Shown piece after piece: positions 23,381-37,059 of a stretch of DNA of 64,000 bases. The position numbers and the translations under genes were made by a program. The notes below the pieces were generated by a model, which saw only the letters and a list, made by a program, of their open reading frames with translations, was not told where the DNA came from and made no database searches. Source of the DNA: Veleropilina oligotropha (lineage: Eukaryota); NCBI GenBank assembly GCA_048128005.1, contig JBEUKZ010000093.1:124001-188000 (forward strand). The letters run 5' to 3'. Within the stretch, counting starts at the first letter, position 1. The number at the start of each line of letters is the position of its first letter.

Positions 23381-25177
23381 TATTATGTCATAATATTTAC
23401 CTAGTATGAATTGTGTTGGTAAATTTACTCATTTACTATTAGGAATATAACTTTCCTTGATAATGTTCTTACTTCAGGTGTGCTTTATTCATCCAATTAA
23501 CCTTAAACCAAAAATTTATTTGTCACTGAAAGGGAGATAACTCTGATATTTGAATATGTTATTTCAATTTTGGAGCATTTTTCAAATTGCTTTTTTGGAA
23601 ACTTGCACTATCAGAATTCCTTTAGACTTGTGATATGTTGTGTAAAGGATAAAATACTTTACTTAACTGCAAACATTTCTGTTGCTATTAGTGTGGGGTC
23701 AAATCATATAATGACTGGACTACTGTGCATGAACGCATGCGCCGGTACCATACACATATTTGTCGATTGTTGAACGAGGTCAGAACGTAAGAGGGTGAAG
23801 ATAACTTTGTGTTGAGATTAGATCCAAGCAACATTTGCTCTGGAATGTAAGTTACTTCTATCAAAATATACGATAATTAATGTCAACGCCAAGAGGAATA
23901 CCGGACGTTTCGCAACTAAACCAGTTCGTCGAATTTCGACGAAATATCCAGACGTTTCATCGAATCCTTCAGAATCAGACGTTTCGTCGAATTTCATATC
24001 AAATTGAAAGAGGGTTATAGTAAATCACCCATATAACTGTGGAAATAAGATGCAACAAGCTATCATATTTTATCATATTATGAGAATATATTTTTTATTA
24101 TGCTGCTGAATTAAAAATAACTGATGTTTGAATCTTGTGTCTACTGACCGGGCAAGTTTTGTAACGTTCTGCTCAAACACCAAAATTTTCAATGCAGTTA
24201 TATTGACATAATTTAATAACAGTGTATATCATGAGATGACTAAGTATCAAATTTGCATTTTTAAACAAAAATAAATATAGTTTGTTCTGTATAACAAGCC
24301 AATGTAGAGTGGAAATAGAAAAACATAACGATTATGTGCTCTCATTAATTCAGACGATTGGCAGATATTGACATGAAATAACTGGTAAAATCAAATATAG
24401 AATATTATGTTTCAGATACAACATCAATCTAGAAATTTCATTTTGCTTCATGTTAATAAATTACATTTGATAAAATGGTCTTTTCAAAATGACACAACAT
24501 AACGAGGAAAATGGCCAAATTTGATGCTTTGCTATGATAAATCACTAAAATAAAAATTAAAGCATTATGTTTTTTATGAATATTTATTGTAGAAAGACCT
24601 GTTTGCTTCTTTTTAAAACATAAAATCATTCCAAACATGCTGTTTTAATTACAATGTGTTGGCATAACGTGTTTTTCATTTAATGTGTACACCTGATCTT
24701 GGCTGAGCTAGGCGTATATAAATATATTCCATGCGGCGAAAAGGGTCTTGGTATTCTTTGTAGACTGCTGACGTCGAGTCATCTGTGATTCTCGCAGATG
24801 AATCTCCATCTCCGTAATTCACTATTGTGAAAGCAATTTCACATAATGTATCGATAATGTATAAATTACTAAAACATGATACATCCAGCGATATGTTATT
24901 TCAAAAGATTGTTAATGCCGTCCCATGCTTCTTCTTAGAGACAGTGTAAAAGAACATTGATTTAAATGGTTATAATTTTGAATATGCAAATAAATATCCG
25001 CAATTCATAATATGACATTAATTACTATTAACAGTACGCTCTATTAACCGTAGGCTGAATTGACTGTGTCAATTTTGCTGTTTGACTGTAGACGCTCAAT
25101 CGACCGTGCGCTCAATTGACTGGTATTCCATCTGGAAGAGGATTTCAGTCACAGGCAGTCACGCATTGTCTTTGGGA

Positions 25178-25299
25178 GCCCGATATGTCTGCCCCTAACT
25201 GCAAGCTCAAAATTCTGATGGTCGCCTGTTTAACCCTAACACTAAACAGGCGACCGTCAGAATTTTGAGCTTGTAATCAGGGCAGATTTATCTGGCTAG
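25178..25299. mobile_element. Palindromic MITE with 9-10 bp TSD (MULE-like); copy at 53098-53220
   Basis: TSD GTCTTTGGGA at 25168-25177 and 25300-25309. Arms CAAGCTCAAAATTCTGATGGTCGCCTGTTTA / TAAACAGGCGACCGTCAGAATTTTGAGCTTG. Confidence 0.8.
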
Positions 25300-26607
25300 G
25301 TCTTTGGGAATTAAAGAGACTATTGCCCGTAAATACACGAGTTGCCTCTGGCACGAGTTGTCCTGACTCCCTCTATCGCACGGTTCGCGCAGATTGATAC
25401 ACATTTTGCGAAGATATGATCGATATATGATCAAATGATAGACTTTTATTGAAATTATTATTGTAACTGGGCAATATATGTTATTGTCAAGTAGAAAGCT
25501 ATCTTACTTGACGAGTAGAAACCAACGCAGTGTGCTCCAATTAGATCAATTGGAAATGACTGCGGTTTTATTATTTTTAAATATTCAATAGCGATTAACT
25601 TAAACGGTAGCAAATTACTGACGAAAGTTGAGTGTTGAAATTTCTTAACTTTTTATGTTATAAACAAAAAGTATAATGCAGTTAGTTTTCTTTTAAAAAA
25701 AGAAAGAGCGCATTTCCGGCAATAGTATCTTTAAGAAGGGGTTGTTAAAGGTTGAGGTCATTACTGACATGCGTTTAAACGTAAACTCTTTATTGTGAGT
25801 GGAGCGAGTCCTAATATTCGGATGTATGTCTTGTCTCCCCTCATTTATATTATTGAAATCAAAAGAAAACAATAAAAGGGGTATTTTGTGTATTTAATTA
25901 TCACCTACTCAAAATGCATAACAAAGTACTTGCTTCAATCATAACTATTTTTAACCTGTTCTCCGCAGGGTGAAATATTTTCCCATGTTTATCGTTTATC
26001 CAATATTCACATATGACATGTATGAGAAAAGCGATTGGCGACTAAACGGATTTACAACGCACCCCATATATCACTGCTCTGCACAGTGAAATATTAGGTT
26101 TCGTAATGCAATTCATATGATAAAACAGTGGTATTTCGTCTCCTTTACTTTATACCTCTTGGAGACCAACCGAAATTGAATAGGACCATCCATCTTAAAA
26201 TCTCTCAAATATTGATTATCAAATGCAGGCCTGCAATAACCAAATGTAAAATATCTTGTTTGAACATGCACAATAATGTTGGGTCAAATGATTTGCATTG
26301 CTATACATGTACTAACTGGATCATGAATAGAATTGCTTAAGTTTTTGGAAGTCATTAAAATAAATTAGTTGAATGATGGTGGTGCGATTGTGTTTTGGAA
26401 TGTCAGTTCCTACAGCGACCACCGTTGTCAAAATTAGGTGTGCACAAACAATGATCAGCCCATGACAATAAGGATTTTGGTCTACTTGTCCATCGGACAA
26501 GGTAGTCGAAAACTCAACTTGTCCGAACTTTTATTTTGGTTGTCCCGGACGACCGGACAAGCCTTAATGTCGAGGCCTGAATGATGATGCAAGTATTTCT
26601 CATACAA

Positions 26608-26873
26608 GTGCTTCGGTAGCGCAGTGGGTAGAGTGTCCACTCTAAATTCACTGGCTTGTTTCCGCTGACGCGAACAGTAGTGGGATCGACCCCCGGCTGA
26701 GGCAGCACACATTTGTTCAAGTTATGAAGCACAGTTGTCCGTGACTGGCCGAAGAGGGCGGGTTTACCCGGCGACCGTGGTTTCCTCCCGCGATAACACG
26801 GACATGTCCTACCTTGAACCTCGATGTTATCAATATACAGGACATTAAGCATAATTCCTCCTCCTCCTCCTCC
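26608..26873 (+). mobile_element. SINE family 1, full length (copy at 54529-54794)
   Basis: A-box TAGCGCAGTGG, B-box GGGATCGACCCC, core GGTTTCCTCCCGCGATAACACGGACATGTCC and a (TCC)n tail. Confidence 0.85.
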
Positions 26874-27351
26874 ACAAGTGCGATATTAGTACGTGCCATT
26901 CTATCCAAGCATGCATACAATTATAACAATTGTACTTGAGAGATGAAAATCTTGTGGACAGTCAGGTTGGTCTGACTTGTCAATGAAGTTGATGCTCATC
27001 GAGTGTACTGTGTATAATAAATAAGCCATTTATATAAAACAAGGCAAATTAATTAATTTTGATGAAAAATTATGTTACATGTCATATATTCGGAAATGTT
27101 ATAATATATATATATATAATATAAATAATGCAGTATGCACAGCAAAGTTGAATTGTTGAGATTATGTGGTCAATCTGACCATGCTAAATTTTGCAATAAT
27201 TATGTAAATCGCATCATTCTGCAGGATCTAGGTAATATACCTCAACTGTTCTCGACCTAATACTAGTGGTGCTTGGAACAATTTTGTGTCATTACCGGAG
27301 ACCATCAATGTGCATACAATCTCAATTACTGGCATCTGTTCTTTTCTTCAG

Positions 27352-27462
27352 GTGATGCTAAAGTCATAACAAAGTCGTGATTATAAACTGATGGTGCTTA
27401 CGTATATATCGGATATCCATATTGAAGATTCATTTCGGGGTCAATACAACAGAGAAAAAGAC
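27352..27462 (+). other. Candidate non-coding upstream exon of ZF-B (copy 55275-55385 for ZF-D)
   Basis: TTCTTTTCTTCAG acceptor and GTAAGT donor; the downstream acceptor TTAATTTTCAG ends at 28159. Confidence 0.45.
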
Positions 27463-28580
27463 GTAAGTAATAAAAAAAAATAACATTTGTGATGCTGAAT
27501 GAAATGAAATTGACATTTAAATTGCTTTCCATTTACATCATAGATAATTTGTCAGACATTGTGTAGAAGAATGATTTTCATTTGATCACTATTTCGGCTG
27601 TACAATTGCAAACACGATTAAGATCAATGGGACTGCTCGCCATGTCAATCTTAGGTACTCACTACTCCGAAATGTTAAATATTTATTATATGTACAGTAT
27701 TTAACTTTTGTGCGATTCTCAAAATCGTTAAGTAGAAAACAACAGCTGTGCTATTTTCCCCTTTCAAATTAGGCCACCGGATAGTTGATTGATTTACAGT
27801 GGGACTCTTGATTCATACGCTTGCATGATCTCTCTCACGGAAGTGGGTTCAAATCCTTGATAATACATGATCGCATGTATTGACTAAAACTTGTCCCGTT
27901 ATCACCTCAAGGTTGTTAAATCATGAAACATCAAGCACGGCTCGAACCAAGCCTTTCAAAACATAATAATTCTGCACTTTGTATATAACAAATTATCTTG
28001 CTTATGCATTTCACGTCTTCGTTTTAATGTAAATGTTGCTTCTGTAAATTATTCTAAAAGATTCTGTCTTATTTAAATTACTAATCCATATCAAACCTAA
28101 GTATTAGTTACCAGAAACACATAAAATATTGAGTATGTTGCCTTTCTATTAATTTTCAGATGTCTTGGACACTGACCAAACTCTGAATGAAATGCCAAGC
28201 CGCTGAGTCGATGAAGAATACACCAACAATCTCCTATATTTCATCAGTGGATTCAGTGATGTAATCGCGAATCCTGCTCCAAAGAAAAGGTTTTCAGTGC
28301 AGCGTGCAGGAAATATTTAGTTATTATTGAGCAAGTGAGAAGGAATAACTTTTTGACGTTATTTAGTTGATTAAATGCATTCATTCTGTCGGCATGCTTG
28401 GCCCCACAAGAAAAACTGAACACGATAACTACACATGAGTGAATTATCGTCTACTGTGTCTGCGATAAATCAGCACTCTCATGCTCCATAATATGCTAAT
28501 CAACACGAGGGAAAAATAGAAATCTCATCCTTGCAGTGAGCCCTGCACGTCGTCTTCAAATTTTCATTATCTATGGTAAC

Positions 28581-29282
28581 ATGCTGCAATCCATACAGGA
28601 GGGAAAAAGTATCCCTGTACTTTATGTGACAGGTGATTTAACAAGTCCAGTCGTCTCTATGAACACACCCATGCCGGATAAAAAGGTGTACACATGTAGT
28701 ATCTGCGACAAATCATTTAGCCATTCAAGCGGTATCAAGCAGCATATGTTAATCCACACAGACGAGAAACCTCATCAATGCAGTGTCTGCGACAAATCAT
28801 TTCGCCTTTCAAGCACTATCAATGTGCACATGCTTAACCACACAAAAGAGAAACCTCATCAATGTAGTATTTGCAATAAATCATTTTCACAGCATGGCCA
28901 TCTCAAGAACCATATGCTAACTCATACAGGACAGAAACCTCACCAATGCACTGTGTGTGCCAAGTCATATTCAAGTTCTCAGTATCTCCGTCGGCATGCT
29001 GCCATCCATACTGGAGGGAAACAGCATCCATGCTCTTTATGTGACAGATCATTTATTACACATGACAATCTCCGTCAACATACTTTAACCCATACAGGAG
29101 AAACCCCATATCAGTGCGGCATATGTGACAAGTCATTTAACCAATCAGGCAACCTCAAACAGCATATGCTAATCCACACAAAAGAGAGACCTCATCAATG
29201 CAATGTGTGTTATAAGTCATTTTCACTATCACGCTCTCGCAAACGACATTTGCTAATCCACACGCGCGAGCGACCTCAGTAA
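28581..29282 (+). CDS. C2H2 zinc-finger protein ZF-B (7 fingers); alternative start 28659 (MNTPM)
   Basis: Uninterrupted ORF with seven C2H2 repeats, ending HTRERPQ*. Confidence 0.82.
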   Translation: MLQSIQEGKSIPVLYVTGDLTSPVVSMNTPMPDKKVYTCSICDKSFSHSSGIKQHMLIHTDEKPHQCSVCDKSFRLSSTINVHMLNHTKEKPHQCSICNKSFSQHGHLKNHMLTHTGQKPHQCTVCAKSYSSSQYLRRHAAIHTGGKQHPCSLCDRSFITHDNLRQHTLTHTGETPYQCGICDKSFNQSGNLKQHMLIHTKERPHQCNVCYKSFSLSRSRKRHLLIHTRERPQ

Positions 29283-30854
29283 TGTGCTGTCAAAACAGAG
29301 ACTTCTCAAGCAACATCCATTTATCGATACTGAAGTATGGAAACCTCACCATTGAGCGATATACGGCAAGTCATGTTCAAGTTATCGATGTCTCGGGCGA
29401 CATACATCAATCCTTATTAGAGACAAGCAGTAGTGATATACTTTAGGTGGTACATATGCGATATCCCACACCTATCACTATTAGGCTATTTGTTCACAAG
29501 CACTGATATTGCGTTGTATTGAATAATAATTGTTCCATTTAAATGTTTGATGCTGATATTTTGTCATATCACAGAATAATTGTTTAAAATTACATGTAGC
29601 AAAAATACTAACTACTTCTGTAAGTAGGCCTGAAATATACATGTATAAAAGTAACTGAGAAGCAATAAAATGCTTGTGAAGAGTATTTTGTGATGTAAAG
29701 ATACCGTGGCAGGTTATTTTCATGAGTGGAAGCATGTGAACTCAAACGAGTCGAGGCCGCTCTGGTACCCGAGTGGTTTCAAGTTCAGACTCGACATTCA
29801 CTTCATTGATTGCTCATCTAATTAGTAATAGTAACTATTCTCAGTTGTTGCAATATTATAGCATTCATTTTACCAGTCACAGATGTCCAATACGTACCAG
29901 AGATGGGGGATTTTCCCAGAACCGTGATATCTCGCGATAATATTGGTATGGGCCTGACAGGTATTTTCAAACAGGATGTGAATCCAACGAAACCAAACGT
30001 GGTGATCTTTTCTTCTGGGGGTGTCGTTTGCGGTGAGGTCATGACATTGGATCACAGAGATATGAACAAACATAATATTATAATCATACTATTCAAGCCG
30101 TCCACCGTTCTGGACGCTCCCGATATGCCTATGAAAATCACTTTCTTTGCTATTTATCATTTTTAAATTATTCATAAATGCTTCTCTATGGCAACCATAA
30201 GAGAGCAGGATGGTACGTTTACTAATGAAAATTTTCTTTCGTTTTACTCGTCATCTTGAAACATTTGTAGATCTATGTAGACCTGGGTTCGATCTCCGCA
30301 GTCATGTGAGATTACTTACGTTATATAAAGTTGACTGAAATTTTAGTTTGGTTGCCTGTACTCTTTCAAGTATTTGAATTTGGCGGACAGCATATGCACG
30401 ATTTGTAGCCATAGAACGCTAGTAGATGTGGACCTAGGTTCGATCCCTGATAATACGTCACCATTAAAAGTTAATTGATTGACCTATAAGACTGAAACTC
30501 GTATGTGTTGCCGTTAACGCTGATTTATTCAGTCAACATATAATGAGACAACATACCCTATTTGTTTCGGCCGCTCCTGTAGTCACGTGGTTTTGAGCGC
30601 GATCTCTGGATTAACTCGTTAACTGCTCTGTCTACCAGGAGTGCATTCTTTGTTCATTTACCATTCACAAGTGTCCATAATCGTTCGACGAGGGTTGTTT
30701 TTTCTCCCAGATAATATGGACATGTCCTGGTTTGAACCTGAAGATTGTTTAAAACAGGATCGAGCCAAATCCAAATTCTTTTTTCATCGTCATAAAAATG
30801 GTTTTCGATCTTGGTCGGTCTTTATTCATTATTGGGTATCGATTATTATGCTGA

Positions 30855-31500
30855 TTTAGCAAGCCATGTAGGTGGCGATGCAGTTCATCCCATACTGGCT
30901 TCTCCGGCGAAAGATCGGGATCCAGAGACACCATTCCCCGGCAGCACGTCTAAATTATGCTGCGTCGGAGTTCGCCCATCATCTGTTGTCGGCGAACAAA
31001 TTGAATGGCATGTGACCGAATTCCTTATCGTACAATGTTCAATTTCCCATTTATATTCACAAATCAAGATATTCCGTTCCATTTGTTGTGATGCCACCCA
31101 AGACCAATATACTGTTACCATCGAATGGACCCGACTTCACACGAACAACACAGTCGACAGTAAACCGATCTACAACGCGACGATAGACTGTAATTTCCAT
31201 TACTGCCATCCAAGTGAAGTCGCAACTCTTCCATGAACAGAATTTCAACTCGGTTCCTCCGATTAAGCTATAAGCCTAGATGTCTTCTGCCTCGAGCCAG
31301 GTGTGTACCACGATCTGACAAGTTTGAAGACGTGTACGGATCGTCTTGTGATGATTGATTGAAGTCCACAGATGGTGCGTGCAACGAAACTCCGGACGTG
31401 GCGTCATACGTGGACCTCCTTTAGTACGAGATCGATCTCTGGCATTACCAAATCAGTAGCATCAAGCCACTGCCCACTTTGGATTAACCTCGTTCAAGTT
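30855..31500 (-). pseudogene. Highly degenerate Tc1/mariner transposase fragment
   Basis: DPDLSPEKPVWDELHRHL (SPDLNPIEHVW-like) and GNSILVLGGIT (GGSVMVWGGI-like). Confidence 0.65.
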
Positions 31501-31635
31501 TAATTCGAAATGCGTAGTGGCCTGGTGCACTTTCTGCTACCAAATAGGCAAATTGCCGTTCACAAAACATCGCTTGTGTTGCCAGCGAAAACTTGCAGCA
31601 ACATAGCATTGGTCCATACCCGCGTTGCCTCCATG

Positions 31636-32700
31636 CATATCAATGATGCTGGAGTGATCACTGGAGCATACGTGCCCAAGCACATCAATGGTGCTGGAGT
31701 GATCACTGGTCCATACCAGTCCAAGCATATCAATGGTTCTGAAGTGATCACTGGTCCATACCAGCTAGCCCACGCATATCAATGGTGCTGGTGTGATCAC
31801 TAGTCCATATACCATTCCAGGCATATCAATGGTTCTGAAGTGATCACTGGTCCATACCAGCCAAAGCACATTAAGGGTGCTGAAGTTATCACTGGTCCAT
31901 ATAAGCCAAAGCACACCAATGGTGCTGGAGTGATCACTGGTCAAAACCAAGCATTTCAATGGTGCTGCAGTGATCACTGGCCCATACCAGCTCATACCTA
32001 CCAATGGTGCTGGAGTGATCACTGGTTTACACCAGCTCATACGTACCAATGGTGATGGATTGATCACTGATCCATATCTAGTCGAAGCACCTACAAATCG
32101 ATTGGGATCGTCGCGTGATGTATGTTGTAACAATCTTCAGCTCATACAGGGACATACCTGTATAATCGAGGGAGGAAACCCAGCCCCCATTGAGCAGTTA
32201 TGGAAAACTGACTGATCACTGGTCCATACCAGCCCAAGAATTTCAATGGTGCTGAAGTGATCAACGGTCCATACCATCCCAAGCATTTAAATGGTGCTGG
32301 AGTGATCACTGGTCATGACCAGCCCAAGCATTTCAATGGTGCTAGAGTGATCACTGGTCCAGACCAGCCCAAGCATTTCAATGGTGCTGAAGTGATCAAC
32401 GGTCCATACCATCCCAAGCATTTAAATGGTGCTGGAGTGATCACTGGTCATGACCAGCCCAAGCATTTCAATGGTGCTAGAGTGATCACTGGTCCATACC
32501 ATCCCAAGCATTTAAATGGTGCTGGAGTGATCACTGGTCATGACCAGCCCAAGCATTTCAATGGTGCTAGAGTGATCACTGGTCCAGACCAGCCCAAGCA
32601 TTTCAATGGTGCTGGAGTGATCACTGGTCCATACCAGCTGATACGTACCAATGGTGCTGGTGTGAAAACTTGTCCCTAACAGGTCCCATGCATATCAACG
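31636..32700. repeat. 45-bp minisatellite (~20 copies) interrupted by a SINE-like fragment at ~32080-32212
   Basis: Unit CATTTCAATGGTGCTGGAGTGATCACTGGTCCATACCAGCCCAAG. The interrupting fragment recurs at ~32860-33010. Confidence 0.9.
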
Positions 32701-33162
32701 GTGATGGTGATCATTTTCACTTAATGTAGGGATGGCGTTAAGACAATTCAATACGAAAAAAACATTTTGTTTTCACTGGTCTCCGATAAAACATCCAAGT
32801 TCACTGTCGCATTGATTTTCTTGATAATACAAACACGTCTCATTGCATGCAAATGCAGCGCAAGACGCACTTACAAATGGTTTGGTATGGACTGGGATCG
32901 GCGCGTGATGCATGTGTTAACAATCTTCCGGCTCATATAGGGACATATCTGTATAATCGCTGGAGGAAAACCAGCCCTCATTGGCCAGTTATGGAAAACT
33001 GTGACTGTCAACCAAGATATCAGACACACGTCTCGACAACCAGTGCACCCCATGTGCAAAATAGGATGAAAGCTGGGAACATTGTGTGAAAGTCGGATGT
33101 CTCTATGGGGAAGAAATTTATAAATGCTACAGCGTAAATTCTTTATCTTCAAATTTCTTCTT

Positions 33163-33490
33163 ATAATAATAATAATAATAATAATACTCCGGTCTTATAT
33201 AGCGCATTATTACGCTAGTGTCTCAATGCGCTGAACATTATTACCCCTGGTTATGGGCCTGTTCCATTCGATATGCCATCTCAACTCCCTCTGGGTGCAT
33301 TACAGTCATTTACACACGGGTAGCGCCGTGACTTACATAACTGCCAACCAGGTACCCATTTAGATCGGCTGGGTGGACCGAGGCAAATATATGCTTATTT
33401 CATTGCCCAAGTGAAATCGCCGAGCTTTGGGGGCGAACTCGAGACTCTGTGACCAGAGTCCTGTGAATAACCCACTGAGCCACGACGGCA
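33163..33490 (-). mobile_element. tRNA-derived SINE family 3 (L2-like tail)
   Basis: A-box TGGCTCAGTGG, B-box GAGTTCGCCCCC, CCACCCAGC...AATGGGTACCTGG core and GCGCTATATAA...(ATT)n tail. A sister copy lies at 36758-37059. Confidence 0.8.
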
Positions 33491-33689
33491 CATATAGTCC
33501 AGGACCTTTAAGAATTTTGCAGGAAAAAATTGCAACAGAAGCTTTATTGGTATTTTTGTAATCCTTTGGGTGCCTACAATCACCAAAAAAAGTCCTAAGC
33601 GGTAAAAATTCAATTAACGAATATATGACCATTAACCATTAAATTGGAATTTTATAAAATGTCACATATTTGTAACTAAACAACTTAAA

Positions 33690-34420
33690 CACACAATCTA
33701 AGTGTCTAGGTATATATATATTTAAAGCTGTCTAGGCCAATTAATGTCACGGTTATGTCTGATCAAGGTTGTTGCCATAGCAACGCTCTGTTGAAATATT
33801 TGATTTTGGGAAAAAGTGTCAATTTTGGCATCAAAACTTCACAAAAACACATTCTGTGTTTAGGTATATATATTTGAAGATGCTCAGTCGATTGCAATCA
33901 AAATATGGGTCATTCAAGGTAACGGATATGCCTAATCAGAGCGTTACCATGGAAACGCCCTTTTGAAATGCTTGATTTGGGAAACAACTGTCATATTTTG
34001 GTAATAAAAATACCCCAAAACACAATCTAAATGTCTAGGTATATATATTTGAAGATGCCCAGTCGATCGCAATCAAGGTATATGTCAATTAAGCTCACGG
34101 TTATGTTAATCAAGGTTGTTGCCATGGCAACCTGTTAAAATATTTGATTTTGGGAAAAAGTGTAATGTTATTGTATCAAAACTACACAAAAACACGTTCT
34201 AAGTCTCTAGGTATATATATTTGAAGATGCTCAGTCGTTTGCCATTAAGATATGGGTCAATCAAGGTCACGGTTATGCCTTATCAGGGCATTACTAAGGC
34301 AACGCCCTGTTCAAATACTTGATTTTGGAAAAAGTGTCATATTTTGGTAATAAAAGTACACAAAAACAATCTAAATGTCCAGGTATATATATTTGAAGAT
34401 GCCCAGTCGATCGCAATCAC
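33690..34420. repeat. Degenerate ~170-bp tandem repeat (~5 units)
   Basis: AGGTATATATATTT recurs at ~33708, 33861, 34036, 34208 and 34381, with GTTGCCATGGCAAC-like motifs. Confidence 0.75.
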
Positions 34421-34559
34421 AACACCTAAAGATAATCTAATTGTGTAGGTGTATTAATTTCTAGCTCTCCACAGGAGAGCAATCACAATCTGGGGTACTA
34501 GTATTTAAGGTAACGGTTTTGCTTTTTCTTGAAAGTTGCCATAACTGCATAATAATGCT

Positions 34560-34870
34560 GCAAAACCTCCAGTGTATAACTATTGAATCGCAGAGAAAGC
34601 AGATCCATCTTGCTATAATGTACATAATCAGGAATCACCTTTTAAACCGACCTCCGTTGGCAACAATACAGGATAGCAGTGCATTCCACAACCAGAGGAC
34701 ACGGCTCTCGAATGCTGCAACTACACGCCAAACAGCATCCTACGCCAACTCTTTATTTCCGAGAACCATTCGAGATTGGAACAATTTGAGTACGGACTCG
34801 CTCACCGTGTTAGCACTTGACAGCTTTAAGTTGTCACTGAAGAATGAAATTGCTCCATATTAAGACATCG
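34560..34870 (+). mobile_element. LINE (CR1/L2 group) 3' fragment
   Basis: YANSLFPRTIRDWNNL is a typical LINE ORF2 C-terminal motif. Confidence 0.7.
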
Positions 34871-35034
34871 CATGACATCTCTGTAAATACCCATCAAATA
34901 TATTTTTATTATGTGTACATTTAATTACATTCATAATCATCCCTTTTACATTGTTCGCCAGTCCTCAAACATATTGAGATCGCACATTATTTGGTGGAAG
35001 AAGTTGGGCATTTATATAATTATAGTAGCATATA

Positions 35035-36560
35035 TACTACCGGACAAAAGAAAGTATACATAATTCAATGTCAGATTATTCTTCCACAGAACATATTGAC
35101 CAAAGACAACAATGGCCCATAACATTCGCCTAATTACGCCTAATCATGCTGCACGTCGTTGCTCGCATTATTTCGTGCTTTTGGTGCCAGCATGCAAAAA
35201 TGGTAAAACAAGGAAATTTAGAATATTGCGGTTTGCATGATCTCGAAAAATGTATATAATAGTGTGATCACGTAGGACAGCATTGAAGTTGATAAAAACA
35301 CACCAAAAACATGCCACGTTTTAAACCGGAAGAGAGGGAGAGGGCTACTGGTATGACAGAAATGGGGGCAACACAGGACAATAATGCCAGAACCTTGCAG
35401 TGTACCCGGTTAACCATCAACAGACTCCTCCGACGTTCTCGTTTGAGTGGGCGGAATCACGATTGACGAAGATCTGGAAAACCACGAGTCACCACTCCAC
35501 GTGATGACCGTTACATACGCCAAAAACACCTACGTAACAGGTGTATCACGTCAACGGCATTGGGTCGCCCCATTAGTCGTCGCACCGTGCTGCGACAACT
35601 AACCGATGCAGAAATCCGAGCCCGTCGTCCATATCGTGGAATGTCGCTGACCACACTGCATCTTCAACGAAGGTTACACTGGGCGAGAACTGTACAGCCC
35701 TGGCAGCGACGAAACTAAAAGAGAGTTTTGTTTACGGATGAAAATCGGTTTAATTTATTTTAAATTGATGGCCGAAATCGAATTTATCGACGTAGAAGGA
35801 GCGACTTTTCCAAAATTGGATTCGTGAAGTTCACCCATACGGTGGTGGAGGTGTAACGATATGGGGTGGATTATGTGGCCGCCTGAAGACACAATTAGTA
35901 ATCATCCGTGGGAACTTGACAGGTGAAAAGAATAGAAACGACATTTTGCGACACGTTGCACTGCCTTTTCTACAGCATCGCCCACAACTAACACTTCTGC
36001 AACAGGACATAGCAAGACCACACACAGTGAGAATCGTTCAAGACTTTTTGAACAATCGTTTTGTCGTGGCCACCACTGTCCCCAGACCTTAGTCCCAGAT
36101 ATCATCTATGGTATCATCTTGATCGGCAATTGAGAAGACGGGTTCGACCCCCAACCAGCAGACATCAGCTTGAGCAGACATTACTTGAGGAGTGGGGGAG
36201 AATACCCGATGCCGTCATCTGGAGACTCGCGAATCCAATGACGAGGCGTGTTCAAGCATGTATAGTCGCCGGTGGTGGCCACACACGCTACTGATAACAA
36301 GTACAACCTTTTAACGAACTGTGCGAATGCTTTTAATAGACGACATTGTTCCTTATTTCAACTGAAATTTCCATATTGACCCCCATGTGTGTCTATGACC
36401 GAATTATATGCCTTACATTATCCGCATCTAGTTCATATTTTGTCATTTCATAGAAAAATTGTTCATTTATTAATGGGAATATTAATTTACTTTTTCTATT
36501 CATTTACGGTCAGTCTACGGACATATACAGACGGTGTATACTTTCTTTTGCCCGGTAGTA
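35035..36560 (+). mobile_element. Full-length Tc1/mariner transposon (defective)
   Basis: TA-flanked TIRs TACTACCGGACAAAAGAAAGTATACA / TGTATACTTTCTTTTGCCCGGTAGTA. Confidence 0.92.
35311..36294 (+). pseudogene. Tc1-like transposase pseudogene
   Basis: MPRFKPEERERATGM...RSGKPRVTTPRDDRYI...VLFTDENRF...GGGGVTIWGG...LQQDIARPHT...WPPLSPDLSP...GGHTRY*, with stops and frameshifts. Confidence 0.9.
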
Positions 36561-36757
36561 TATATGCGAGGTCTACAAAATTTTATCCCTTGTAGTTCAT
36601 AGTTAATTGTCTGATAATGATTACTCATATCAGTCATCATTTAACAAACACATCTTCTTGCATTTTGCTGTAGTCAATTTCAGTACCCCAAATCTGATTG
36701 GTTCAAGATGAGAGCCTGATAGTTAATTGGCTCGTAGAACATGTATCAAGAGAATAT

Positions 36758-37059
36758 GCCACCGTGGCTCAGTGGTACGTGCACTGGCCTCTCGTCGAAA
36801 GGTTTGGAGTTCAATCCCCGACCCCGGCGAATTTCCTTGGGCAAAGAACTAAGCATATATGTGCATCGGTTCACCTAGCCGACGGGTACCTGGTTGGCGT
36901 GTTATTTAGTCGTAGCGCTCACTAAATAGTAATGGCAGCTTGAGAGAGCGGAGACGGATCTTGATCAGAACAGGCCGATAAAAAAACAAGGGATAATAAT
37001 GTCTGCGCTTAGAGCATGTTAATACGTTGAATACAGCGCATTATAAATGGACTATTATT
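36758..37059 (+). mobile_element. SINE family 3 copy
   Basis: TGGCTCAGTGG, GAGTTCAATCCC, GGGTACCTGGTTGGC and a TATTATT tail. Confidence 0.75.

Larger units (their letters stand above)
12230..28957 (+). repeat. Segmental duplication, copy 1 (copy 2 at ~40075-56880)
   Basis: Colinear near-identical sequence with matching ORF-track entries at offsets of ~26.4-27.9 kb. Confidence 0.92.

Noticed and set aside
23896..25129. Possible element bounded by GGAATACC / GGTATTCC
   Set aside because: The match is only 8 bp, the subterminal repeats differ and no TSD was found; probably ends of two different elements.
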